Origin: Pseudovirgaria hyperparasitica
Taxonomy: Eukaryota
DNA length: 64,000 nt
Assembly (NCBI GenBank): GCA_010093815.1
Contig: ML996568.1
Reading direction: 5' to 3' (one strand)
The notes beneath the pieces were generated by a model. That model was not told where the DNA came from and did no database searches. It worked only from the letters and a program-made list of their open reading frames with translations. Position numbers and translations under genes: made by a program. Below, in pieces: positions 35,793 to 46,545 of the stretch. Each line of letters begins with the position of its first letter. The stretch's first letter is position 1.

Positions 35793-37038
35793 ATGGTGTC
35801 TTTGAAATTCACCCTTTTGGCTTGTATGCTATTTGCCCAGTCTTTAGGTCGGAGATACGAGTTTCCGTCACAGGACACTGCTAGACCGATGACTCAACCA
35901 GATGAACCACCACCAGAACCACGACGATCAATGATTAGGTATTCCACCGATCACACTTGTAACCGACGGATAGCCGCAGGTGCGGCTATTAGAGAGGCGA
36001 TTCTCATGGCGAAAAAAGCCTGGATCCGCCTAGAGAATTGGAGCATGAATCCACAGTCCGATGACTACGACATCGCGAGTCTCTTCAGGAATATCTTTAA
36101 AAGGGACTCCAGAGAAGATTCGGCTTCGGTTCACCGGGTTCTTGAGGCCCTGTATGGTGTTGCCACCGCTCAGTATACGGCACACGAGGAAGCAAACACA
36201 CATTTCTACTGCGACAACGATGATCGCTGGAAGCTTGCTAAGGATCGGCAAGAGTGGCAAAACGGTCGACGGCCATCGAACTGGCCACCAGCCATGGTCC
36301 CAAACTCTAGAGCGCGAGAGGTTGATCAAGTATGGCACGATATGTCCGCTGAAAATCAGATCAGGGTCGGAGCTGTAAGACTCCCCCTATTCAGTACAAG
36401 GGGCAAGCCCCTCTGTAAGGACCCTTTGCTCATGGAAGACGGTATATTTAAATGGGGCAAGGCGTACCACTCGAACGAGCATTACCGCACGCCAGGTAGA
36501 CGTTGGGCCACCACCATCACCCTTTGCTCGCCAATGATCAATTCTAGAATTTCGACGATAGCTGCAGATAGGAGCCGGGACTGGACGAAATTCTCGCTTA
36601 AGTACCAATTCGATAGGGAAAAGTTATATTATAGAAGAACACTGCCCGAGGACATGTTCGGGAGCGGAGAGCTGTCGGCTTATGCTAGTGTGGTAGCGCT
36701 GATTCAATTTTTGAGAGTGGGCGGCATTGGACGTAAGTTGCACCGACTTGACTCTATGTAAAATGAACGCTTATAGATTGTCGTTAGTGGCGCATGTGGG
36801 GTATACGTGGGAGAGTGTCATTTCAACTGGCCCGGATTCGGCCATTGAATATGCGGAGCACTATGGTACATATTCCCCGTGTGATCCAGCTTTCACAAGA
36901 TACTGACAAGAATGTCTAGCATACTTCGCCGCACTTGCATACATGGGATACATGGGATACAAGCTTGATGACCGTAATGGAGCCAGTGAGGGTAAACTGC
37001 TTAGAACGGATTATCGTCCCCCCGCGAATCGCCTATGA
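35793..37038 (+). CDS. Secreted protein with a zincin/M35 (deuterolysin-like) layout but no HExxH motif; exons 35793-36732, 36788-36865, 36920-37038
   Basis: Signal peptide MVSLKFTLLACMLFAQSLG; 'AIREAILMAKKA', 'FYCDNDDRW', 'TITLC'. Two GT-AG introns extend the ORF to '...SAIEYAEHYAYFAALAY...NRL*'. The fold assignment is from motif resemblance only. Confidence 0.7.
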
Positions 37039-37584
37039 ATCAGGCAGTCACAGTAAAGCACACAGCTCATGAGGCGATTAGGACGGGGCAGGTTCCTGCA
37101 CTAGACACAGACACTATAGTTTTAGACAACAGAAATTCTGTGTATGAAGTGAAAAGGACAGGGCGTCCCGGTTCAGAAAGGTTAACTTGAAATTATGGTT
37201 TTCAGATCGAAAAGTGCACCAAAGTGCACTTCATTAATATTGATCTATAATTCCATATTGATGCAAAGAAAACACCCTCTTTTCCGTGTAATAGCCTGAA
37301 GCACAAGCACGTCTATAGAGAGAGAAGAATTGCTTCACGCGTATAATATTCTAGAGTCAGTTGGGACCACAAATATAGGACTCTCCAGAATGCATTTCGG
37401 AATTTTTGGTTCATTATCCGGACCAGCGCAGAGCGGGCGAATGCTTTCGCCTTTTAAAATGTTACCAACTACTGATTGAGCATGGATGTAAGCTCGTAGG
37501 AGACCCCGAGAGATGATAATCTAGCATTGTATAGACTATATGCTGTGTGCATGTGCGATCTCTACGCATAATTGAAATCTAAAG

Positions 37585-37726
37585 GACTAGAAAGGGGGGT
37601 ATTCTTGGCTTTCTCGATGAACACGAGAGCCAACGCCCTTCCCTGAGCGGAACAAAACACTAGAAGACTGGAAAGGGGGGTATTCTTGGTCGTAGCAGCG
37701 CTACAAACCAACGCCCTTCCCTCAGC
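37585..37726 (-). repeat. Two direct-repeat hairpin units (37585-37648 and 37666-37726) downstream of xanA
   Basis: Shared arms GACT(A/G)GAAAGGGGGGTATTCTTGG and CCAACGCCCTTCCCT(G/C)AGC flank different self-complementary cores. Confidence 0.9.
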
Positions 37727-37828
37727 AAATCGAAAGACGTTCCGAGTCCACCATTCTCGCCCACTACTAGAAGTCTATCATAACTGACATGAACCCAAGG
37801 AGAATTTTGTAGGGATGAGGGCAACATC

Positions 37829-38938
37829 TCAAGCGCCAAGAGGTGCTGCACTTGCGGCAAGGTTACACTGCCTGAAAACGCGCACTTCATCCTCCTTGAA
37901 CGCACCCACGACACTGTGCAGACAGCCATGATTATTGAAGATGACCATATCTCCTTCTTCCCAGTCATGCGCGTATACCAGTTCTGGTGCAATGCCCGGT
38001 CGCTGAAGAAGATACACTATGTCTCTCACCTCCCGTAGCTCATCCATCACAGTCCCATCTGCAAGATGCAGTTTCCGCACTGCCGATGGGTGCACTTGCA
38101 GTGCCAAACGCCCAGTAACGGGGTTCTTCCACACCATGGGCAGGACCTGGATCTTGCTCTCGTCGACCGGTGGGAGTTGGTCCAGCGAGAGCTCTTTGCC
38201 TTCAGACACAAGTCCGAGGCCCGTGGAGCGGCTACGCGCGCTGCTCATCCAGACATACGGGTGTGGCGCATACTCCACTTTCGTCGTGCGGGCGAATGCC
38301 TTGTCGTCGTCCGACAGGATGTCGTACATGGTGTATCCCGAGACAAAAGCCGTCGTGCCGAGCGGGACGGTCAGTTCATCGCCTGTCCCGTCGTCGTAGC
38401 GCAGCGTCTGCGTGCGACCCTCTGGCACGCGAACAGCCATGAGGGTAGTGGCGCGTGGAGGGTTGAGGTCGTAGAGTGCGGCGTCGATGTGCCATCTGTA
38501 AAACCTCGTGAAGTGTTCGTCTTCCTCGGCGGGGATGCGCGTTGCGTGAAATGTGGCGTGATGTGGGTGCTTCAGTTTGATGTCGGTCAAGCCCTCGAAG
38601 CTGTCGAGATGGCCATTTCCGATGACTTGTACCTGCGGCTGGTGTGGGATTGTTTTGAGATCAGGATGCAGGATAGATTTCTTGGTGTCGAGCGTTTTGC
38701 CATGACCGTAGGAGGTAGAGGCGGGGTCGAAGCGGTTTGTGAGGGCGTACTGCGCGGCAGGCGTGCAGGCGGCTTGGTCTTTGACAACAATCACAGTATA
38801 CTCGTACAGCGCGGCACGGAGATGCTGGAATTCGATATCATTGAGTTTGTTGAGGTCGACGCCGGTGACTATAGCACCAAAGCTGCGGCCGTCGGTAGGG
38901 GGAAGAGGTGTGACCTTAATGTTAGACGCGACGGTCAT
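37829..38938 (-). CDS. xanA: Alpha-ketoglutarate-dependent xanthine dioxygenase XanA (369 aa, intronless)
   Basis: 'SILHPDLKTIPHQPQVQVIGNG', 'LKHPHH..FH', 'TRFYRWHIDAALYDLNPP', 'RYDDGTGDEL.VPLGTTAFVSG', 'YAPHPYVWM', 'LHSVVGAF', 'QCNLA' are XanA-family motifs. Confidence 0.93.
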   Translation of the reverse strand: MTVASNIKVTPLPPTDGRSFGAIVTGVDLNKLNDIEFQHLRAALYEYTVIVVKDQAACTPAAQYALTNRFDPASTSYGHGKTLDTKKSILHPDLKTIPHQPQVQVIGNGHLDSFEGLTDIKLKHPHHATFHATRIPAEEDEHFTRFYRWHIDAALYDLNPPRATTLMAVRVPEGRTQTLRYDDGTGDELTVPLGTTAFVSGYTMYDILSDDDKAFARTTKVEYAPHPYVWMSSARSRSTGLGLVSEGKELSLDQLPPVDESKIQVLPMVWKNPVTGRLALQVHPSAVRKLHLADGTVMDELREVRDIVYLLQRPGIAPELVYAHDWEEGDMVIFNNHGCLHSVVGAFKEDEVRVFRQCNLAASAAPLGA

Positions 38939-39124
38939 GATGTATTATGGTCACCTTTTAGCTCAAGAGAGTAAGTAACTAGCAATCCGTTCAGATGGAT
39001 ATTGAATCTCTTCTCGATAACCCCATGTCTCTGGATGTGCAGAGAAATTTATACAAGGCCTCATGGAGTGCACGTGTGGCTCTGGTGGAGGTCTCCGAGA
39101 ACTGTCTCCATATATCTGTGGTTA

Positions 39125-39138
39125 GCGGAGGTCGCCGA
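39125..39138. promoter_or_regulatory. Putative UaY/PCO-1-type Zn2Cys6 site (CGG-N6-CCG) upstream of xanA
   Basis: GCGG-AGGTCG-CCGA, ~190 bp upstream of the xanA ATG; one mismatch to TCGG-N6-CCGA. GATA cores lie nearby. Confidence 0.55.
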
Positions 39139-39750
39139 CGACCACGGAAAATAAAGTGGCAAGATGGTTTCTTTTGACGTGCTTTATGACCTGAATAAAT
39201 AGATGTATACTCAAAATCATATCAGGCTAGTAATGACTGAGCTCTATTACCACGGTTGTAGGTTTGACAGTAATATTATGTATTGATCTTATCAGTAGAA
39301 AGTGAGTGCTATCAGATCGCGGCGTCTAATTGGCCACTTTAGCCCAAATAAGCATTTGTACGGCGCAAGATCTTCGTGAAAACTCTAAAGTGATTACGCT
39401 TTCACTAACGGTTGAATAACGATTATTTCAGAAATGACACTTAGATTTCATTAGCGCTTATTTTGTTATTAACGGTTAATTCGACTGCGTTCTCCTCATC
39501 AGTGTGATGTGCTATTCACCAAATAGTCGACAGGTTTGGATTCACAAATAATAAAAATTAAGTGGAAGGAGGAATCGAGGTAATTTGAATTAGACGTTCA
39601 TTATATGCAATACGTCTCTCAAACTCATACTCGTACAAAACACCAGCCATCGAATACCATCCATTCACTTCCCTACATGACGTCGTAGCGCATGGCGACC
39701 GTGATAACTCCATATCCCAATACAGTAACAAACGTTGCATTCTAAAATTG

Positions 39751-41624
39751 TCACCGATAGAGTCCTGGGCTCCTACCCTCCTCCGCAACCTTTCCACTGA
39801 CATCACGTCTTCTCCAGTTGCCTATCAATCCATTACCTGCTCCGAGACCTAGATCTCCATCAATATCCAGCCCAGTCCGACTAACAACTCTGGGGCTTCC
39901 CTCGTGGCCTCTACGCTCACTCATCTCTGGCTCGGGAGATCGACTTTGCTTAACGCCTGTCGTTCTTGGCGGTGTGCTACTGACAGGGCGCAGGTTCGCA
40001 GTTGCTGATCTCAGATCGCCGTAAAACTTGCGCTTCGGTGTAGATGCGCGACTGATTGAACTGACATCACTGATTGTACTGAGTGACGTTGGCTTGCGCA
40101 GTCTATGTTCTGGGACAGGGGGCGGAGTTGGTGGGTTCATACGCAGCGGCGCTGGGACGTCCATGTAGGATACTTCCTCATCTTCTGAGAATTCAATCGA
40201 GTCACGGCGATCATGATATGCTTGCTCTTGCAGAGCAGGTGCTTGCGAGGGGAGTTGTTGATGGCGCAGAGTTTCGTAGCCATCTGTCGGAGTTTCAATA
40301 TTGACGAACCAGTTATCGGTATGGAGCTCGGATTTGGGCCTGTTTGTGCTGGGGCGCTTTGCGGGGCTACTACGTTGGATATTGCCAGATGTAGATGCCA
40401 GGGTGTTGCGCTTTAGCATTGAGGGAAGGGTGTCGCGCGAGATATCGGTTGGAGCCTTGGAAGGTCGCGAGTACTGCGACGTGGAGTCTAGAGTAGAGTC
40501 GCGCTCACTGTCATTGTCGTCATCGACGTGTTGGACGTTTGCGCGTGAGGCGCGAGTGGATGGTGGTTGAGAGTAGATCTGGGCTTGCTTTGCGAGGTTG
40601 AGTCGAGAATGGCGAGGGGATGCGGGATTTTGAGCAGACAGGTTCGAAACAGAGCCGGCGCGAGTATCAAAGAAGGATACTGGGCGAGTTTCGGAGACCA
40701 ATGGATCGTATAATTGACTTTCCCGTGTAGATCCCTCCATTGAGACAGACATGGTAGATGCACTTGCGCGCTTCTCGTTAAGTGTCATGTCGGATGCATC
40801 CGAGCTCTTGTACTTGTGCTTGGTCGATCGTCTAGATGTCAGGTTGTCCTCCAACGGATTCATGTCAGGAGGCAGATCAGAGATCCTGCGGAAGATGATG
40901 ACTAGCCACACATCTAAGAAGAAAGAAACCAGATGCAGACCGGCGACGCTTATAGCTGTCAACCAAGTGGCTGTCAGCACCTTCATTGTGGCCTCATCGC
41001 TGCTGAAGTACGTTCTCCATCTGCCATCCGCTCCAACGTCTTTGACTCGGTTGTTGTTCGACATTAATGCGGTGAAGACGTAGAAGGGAACAAATCCGGC
41101 GTCTAGGACAAGGGCGAAGAAGTGGTACGAAGCTGAACTTGCTGGGGTACGTCCTTTCGCAGGTCTGAAGAGGTGGTAAACTGCATATGTTGTTACGGCG
41201 ATATCTGCGCCAGGCTATCACATGTAAGTCAAACTTCTTATTTGAATCCCCGTTTTCGACTTACGGGTATCCTGATAATCCATCCTTCAGTATCCGCGGT
41301 ACCTCGAATGCATATCGTACATATGAGTAGCCCGATTGCGCCAACTAGCTGTAGTTGACGAAGGAGAAGTTGGATCCAACGAACCCATTTGATGGCACTC
41401 TTTGTTCTTGGGTTCATTTGCTTCGCATCGGTGTTGCCATACGGTAGGACGAGGTAGCTATCGGGGTGCCTGTTGAAATTGATTAGTGGGCCTTCTTGCT
41501 TCTTTGCGCGTGGAGGAATTTCGCGGCTTGCGCGAGTAATAGCTTTTGGGTCAAAGCCATTGAACGGATCATGCTCGTTGTATCTGGGAGTAGCTTCATA
41601 TAGATAGGGCGGAGTGACAACCAT
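39751..41624 (-). CDS. Conserved fungal membrane protein (about 4 TM) with a long Ser/Pro/Arg-rich tail; exons 41624-41265, 41214-39751
   Basis: 'MVVTPPYLY..FDPKAITRAS..GPLINFNRHPDSY', hydrophobic helices, 'LPPDMNPLEDNLTSR', 'RDVSGKVAEEGR'. Intron GTAAGT..TAG 41264-41215 restores the frame. Confidence 0.85.
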
Positions 41625-42136
41625 CGCGATGTCGAGTAGCAGCACTTGTCACCACGACGAAGGTAGGCAGAAGATGGTCAAGACGAGTCTGTACGCAGGC
41701 AAGGGGTACAAAAGAGTGACTCAAAAGTCTTGTAAGAAAAGAGCAAGAGAGCAATTATCGTAGCCCGGCTTGCAAGGGATACGCGCTTGTATGAGGTGTG
41801 CATGGTATTAGTGTTATGATGCTACGCGTCGGCGGGACAACCACTTCCGGCGCTTCTCCTCAGCGCACTCCGACGTTGGCGTGACATCGGAAACAAAATC
41901 CAATAATTAATTGCGCTCTGATATTGGAATTTGACTTGCACTCCGTACTGACCACGATCGGATTTCCTGTATCAGTCCTATGCTGAAGTGATTCATTGTA
42001 TACGATAAGGTTGCAACTGCATCTTTGCTGACACAGCGAAGCGGAGCTTAGGTCGGAGAAAGTCAGTCATTAGCTCTGCTACTTGGACCAATCTTCAAAA
42101 CTTCAAAAATATGACCACATTGATCCTGCTCGAATT

Positions 42137-43786
42137 ATGCAGCCTTTGCGCCGGCTACCATACACCTGCAAACATTGCGCAAGTACCGCTCGCGACACTA
42201 AACACACACGTACCCTCTCAAGCTATAGACAACTCGTAACACGAAGAAGCTATAGCAATGTCACTAAAACCTCGCGACCGTTTCGACTAGCTGTCATCGG
42301 CTCTGGGCCTGCTGGCTTCTACGCCGCATATCGATTTATGAACAAAGTACAAGATGCAATCGTTGATATGTATGAGCAATTGCCTGTACCATTTGGTCTG
42401 GTGCGCTTTGGAGTAGCGCCTGATCATCCCGAAGTCAAGGTGGGCCACCCACTTAGCTCCTGCAGCAAGAGTCAAGGCTGATACATAGAGTCGCAGAACT
42501 GTCAAGACAAATTCGAAGAAGTTGCCCTCTCTCCGCGGTTCAATTTTATCGGCAATGTTGCTGTGGGCCACGACATACCTCTCTCTTTACTTACACCCCA
42601 TTACGATGCCATCCTTTTCGCGTACGGCGCATCCGAAGACAAAGCTTTAGGTATCCCAGGGGAGCAAGGAAACGGCATATACTCGGCTCGCGCGTTCGTT
42701 GGCTGGTACAATGGACTCCCGGAGTATGCTGGGCTATCACCGGCATTGACCGGGGGAGAAGAGGCAATCGTTATAGGGCAAGGAAACGTAGCACTGGATG
42801 TTGCAAGGATTTTACTAAGTCCAGTAGAGGACTTGCAGAAGACTGATATCACCACTTATGCCGCAGACGCCCTCCGCCGCAGCACCATCAAGAAGGTCTC
42901 CATCGTAGGGCGGAGGGGGCCGTTTCAAGCAGCATTCACCGTAAAAGAGGCTCGAGAGCTCATCAATCTTCAATCCGCGCAGTTCCTGTCAGATGGTCTC
43001 AGAAAAGCTATACAGTGGGACGCACTACCGTCTGGGGGACCAAAGAAACTCCCTCGTGTACAGCGGCGCCTCTTCGAGGTGCTTATGAAGGGGATGGACG
43101 AAGGTTTAAAAGCAAACACAAGCAAGTACTGGGAGCTGCGGTACTTTTTGTCACCCGAGAGATTCGATTTGGACGCAGAGGGCGAGCTCGATAGCATCAC
43201 TTTCAGCCAAAATATGTACAGCGATGGGTCTGATCCCCTTTCTGTCGATGCAAAGGTCGCTACCTCCTCTGAGCACCCAATAACTCTCCCATCATCCGTA
43301 GCGTTCCGCTCCGTCGGCTACAAATCTGCTTCGATACCGGGTCTAGAAGATCTCGGGATCACATTCGATTCCAGAATGGGTATCATCCCAAATGATATTC
43401 ATGGCCGTGTTCTCAGCCCTACTGCTGGCCCAGGCTCGCTTACTGCCGGGCATGTACCAGGGATGTACTGCGCTGGTTGGGTGAAGCGTGGGCCGACAGG
43501 TGTCATCGCAAGTACGATGGACGATGCCTTTAGCTCTGCAGATGTGATTGCGAGTGACTGGGAGAATAGAGCACCGTTTCTCAATCATAACATAGGCAAT
43601 GGACAGAGTACGGCGCTAGGCTGGGATGGTGTCAAAGACGAGGCAGCGCGGCGGGGACTGCAGAGAGTATCTTGGCAGGACTGGAAGAAGATAGACCAAG
43701 TGGAGAAGGAGAAGGGTAAGCTCTTGGGAAAGGAGAGAGAGAAGTTCGCGAGTGTCGAGGACATGCTACGAGTCCTGAACTCATGA
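42137..43786 (+). CDS. ARH1: Mitochondrial NADPH:adrenodoxin (ferredoxin) oxidoreductase; exons 42137-42439, 42497-43786
   Basis: Arg/Thr-rich presequence, 'AVIGSGPAGFYAA', 'PFGLVRFGVAPDHPEVK|NCQDKF', 'SARAFVGWYNG', 'IGQGNVALDVARIL', 'GRRGP', 'GWVKRGPTGVIASTM', 'GKEREKF'. Confidence 0.96.
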
Positions 43787-44181
43787 TCGTTTACTGAGCA
43801 ACCATTAGTCCCAAGTAGCTGACCATGCGTGTGCTTCCCGACAGAGCTAATTCGCCGGAAATCTATGGTATATGAGCTGTGCTTATATGAAATGATCTGT
43901 AAATTATGCGCAGGCAGAGCCGAAAAAAAAGGCCAAAAGGAAGGGTGACAAGCATCAATGCGCTAAGCATGTATATTCGGCGCTTGACCTATTTGGGCCA
44001 GCTCCGAGGCCGAGAGTGATACAACACGGCGTTTAACGCTGATGCTCATTTCCAGCTCCGTATACCCAATGCAGTTTTTCTTCTCCAGTATATCACTACG
44101 CAAAGTATAACTCTCCTCGAGTACTGGAGCGTATACAGCGCGTCAGCACGTCTAGCTTCATGTGAAAGGTTTGTTTCATCG

Positions 44182-45443
44182 ATGTCTGCGAACGACGAAA
44201 ACGTCCCGCCGCAGCAGTGTGATGCTGGCTCCTCCAAGTTAGAGATAAATACCATTATCTTTGATCCTGATGGCGATCTGATGGTTCTTGTCGGGTCTCT
44301 AGACACGGAACATGATCTAGGACAAGAAGCTGAACAGGAATGGGCGCCGCGAGTGCCACTTGGTCCTCGACAGATTCACTCAGCTGTACATTGTCTACAG
44401 CGTCGATTTCAAGTCTGTCGAAGTAATTTGGCCCAGGCAAGCAAAGTCTGGAGACATATGCTCCGAGGTCCTTTCGCCGAAACCAACTCTACTGAGATTC
44501 CGTTCCCTGATGACGATCCTGTGGCGATGACACTTATTCTCGGAATCGTTCACTTACGATTCGATATAATCAGTCAGGATACGACATTTGATAACCTTCT
44601 TGATCTTACCATCCTGATTGATAAATATGAACTACAAGCAGTCGTGGCACCTTTCTGGCAAAATTGGGTTAGATCATGCTACGATACTCTGCTTCACCAG
44701 GGAAAGGAAGAGTGGCTTTTTATTGCGTGGGTGTTTGGCATGACTGAAGATTTCAAGACATTGGCTTTCCAAATTGCCCGTCGGACCCGGCTTTCGAAAC
44801 CAAAAGACCAGTACACCATTGATTTCAAGACCCTGGAGGACTCAGTCATGCCTTACGGGGCTTTGGGTGTGTTTACATCCCTGATTAGTTCCTGTAATCA
44901 GGCAGCTAATAATACTGCACAGATCGGCTGAAGAAATGGAGAGAAGCTATGCTTGCAGCGATCCTCAAGTATTGTAATGAACGCATACTCAATCCGTGCG
45001 GTCCGCCTCCGCCTCCTCCAGCAGAGACACCCGGTGTCCTACACGAAGATCCAATAAGCGCATGTGGCGAGTCCACATGCGAAGCCATGATGCTCGGCTC
45101 ACTCCTTCAAGGACTCAAAAAGAAAAAATTGTGGCCACTGCCAGATCCCAAGATTATGCAACATAGTGTTGACGAGCTTCTACGCATCATTAAAACTATC
45201 AGGATCAAAGCCAAGGACCATCATAGAGACTGCCCAGGAGCATTCTGGAAACCACCTCACCTGCTACCTTTCAACGCGGACTTTGGAAATATGGCGTGGC
45301 AACCTCTCACGCCGCGCTATTCCAGTAGCCAAGAAGAGGTCTTGAAGGAGCATGCTATGAAGTTGGGCTTCTATCAACATCCGGAGTCGTTTGATAAAAC
45401 GACTGCACCTAATCTTGCGCAAAATGAGGCTGACTTACTTTAA
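44182..45443 (+). CDS. BTB/POZ-domain protein; exons 44182-44866, 44923-45443
   Basis: 'IIFDPDGDLMVLVG', 'FQVCRSNLAQASKVWRHML.GPFAE', 'PDDDPVAMTLILGIVH', 'LIDKYEL', 'WLFIAWVFG', 'CEAMMLGSL...LWP'. Intron 44867-44922 joins the two ORFs in frame. Confidence 0.88.
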
Positions 45444-46545
45444 ATTTTCTCGGACGTGCGGATTGACGATCTGAGGGCTACTGTGCACTCCCGATGGAAG
45501 CGTCAGCACTAGTCAGAACATCGTACCCGGTCGGGACTTCATCACGGTCTTTGACCTGATGGTCACATGAAATCAGTACATTGATCCCTCAAGTTGTGGC
45601 ATCCGAGGGGGCAAACTCATCATGAATAGTGGCCTGTGAGCATGCAGACTGCGGATCAGACTTTACGCGCTCAACATCCAGATGATAATGGCCGCGTAGT
45701 TGTCGAGATGTGATACCAGAACGAGTATCTGTTCCCATAGGAAGGAATCAGATAAGCAAAGGCAAAGGTAGCCCACGTTAGTTCCTTGTTCATCGGCGGA
45801 GAAAACGTTCATGGGCTCTCAGAGTGCTCTGTTGCGGACATCTTAGGTCGGAGAGGGGGTTTGAACCGTCCGTTCTCGCAGGTTATAGCATGTCTGATGA
45901 ATCTCACTTTGCAGCTAGAAGTCTTCGTATGGAATTCGAACGAAGCTCATCCCTATAGATGAGTGAATCCCTAAACGTTCTCATAAGCAACAGCCTCAGC
46001 CGAAAAAGGCATTTATTGATGGTCTTGTGAATGTCCCGTTAGACTTTTGAAATCGACTTAGATTCAAGGTCTGACAGGGACGTGGCTTTCAGTTGCAAGG
46101 CTTTGTCAAATTCCCAGGACCTGGCGATCAGAGTATAAGGGTATTTTGGGTGACAGAATCTTGGGATTAGGTGCCTAGAAGACGTTGGATTAGTGCGTAG
46201 TGCGTTAGCTATCGACGATGCAATACTGGCAAGGAAAGAGCTGGGACAGTCAAGCAATATTAGGGGGGGGGGGTTGAAATGATCCTTATTCGCATGACCG
46301 TTGACTGAGTCCAGATCAATGATTAGCCAGGAACAAATAAAAGCCTACTTACGCATTCCAGTTAAAGTAGCGCTCAGTGTAGTTTTAGGAGTCAATGCCT
46401 CATGGTTGGTGGGACGGGATAAATTCATATGTTGTGTATCCTATGCGACGGGGTGAACGAGTTGATATTCGTTCATGGGAAAGAAATTAGAGTGTCTGAC
46501 TTTGAACAAAAGAAAGAAAAAGACTGAATTGCTGAGATGCATGAT

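Noticed and set aside
37585..37740. The tandem hairpins as an H/ACA snoRNA on + (ACAAAA hinge) or a mini CRISPR array
   Set aside because: There is no terminal ACA box, the pockets are highly asymmetric and pairing is better on the minus strand. There are only two units, the context is eukaryotic and there are no cas genes.
38066..38974. 302-aa ORF antisense to xanA (also 14287-15165, 1825-2436, 3135-3803, 17678-18244)
   Set aside because: Shadow ORFs arising from GC-rich codon usage of the real gene on the opposite strand.
45846..45900. B-box-like GGTTCAAACC on the minus strand suggesting a tRNA
   Set aside because: The T-stem does not pair properly and no matching acceptor, D or anticodon stems could be built.
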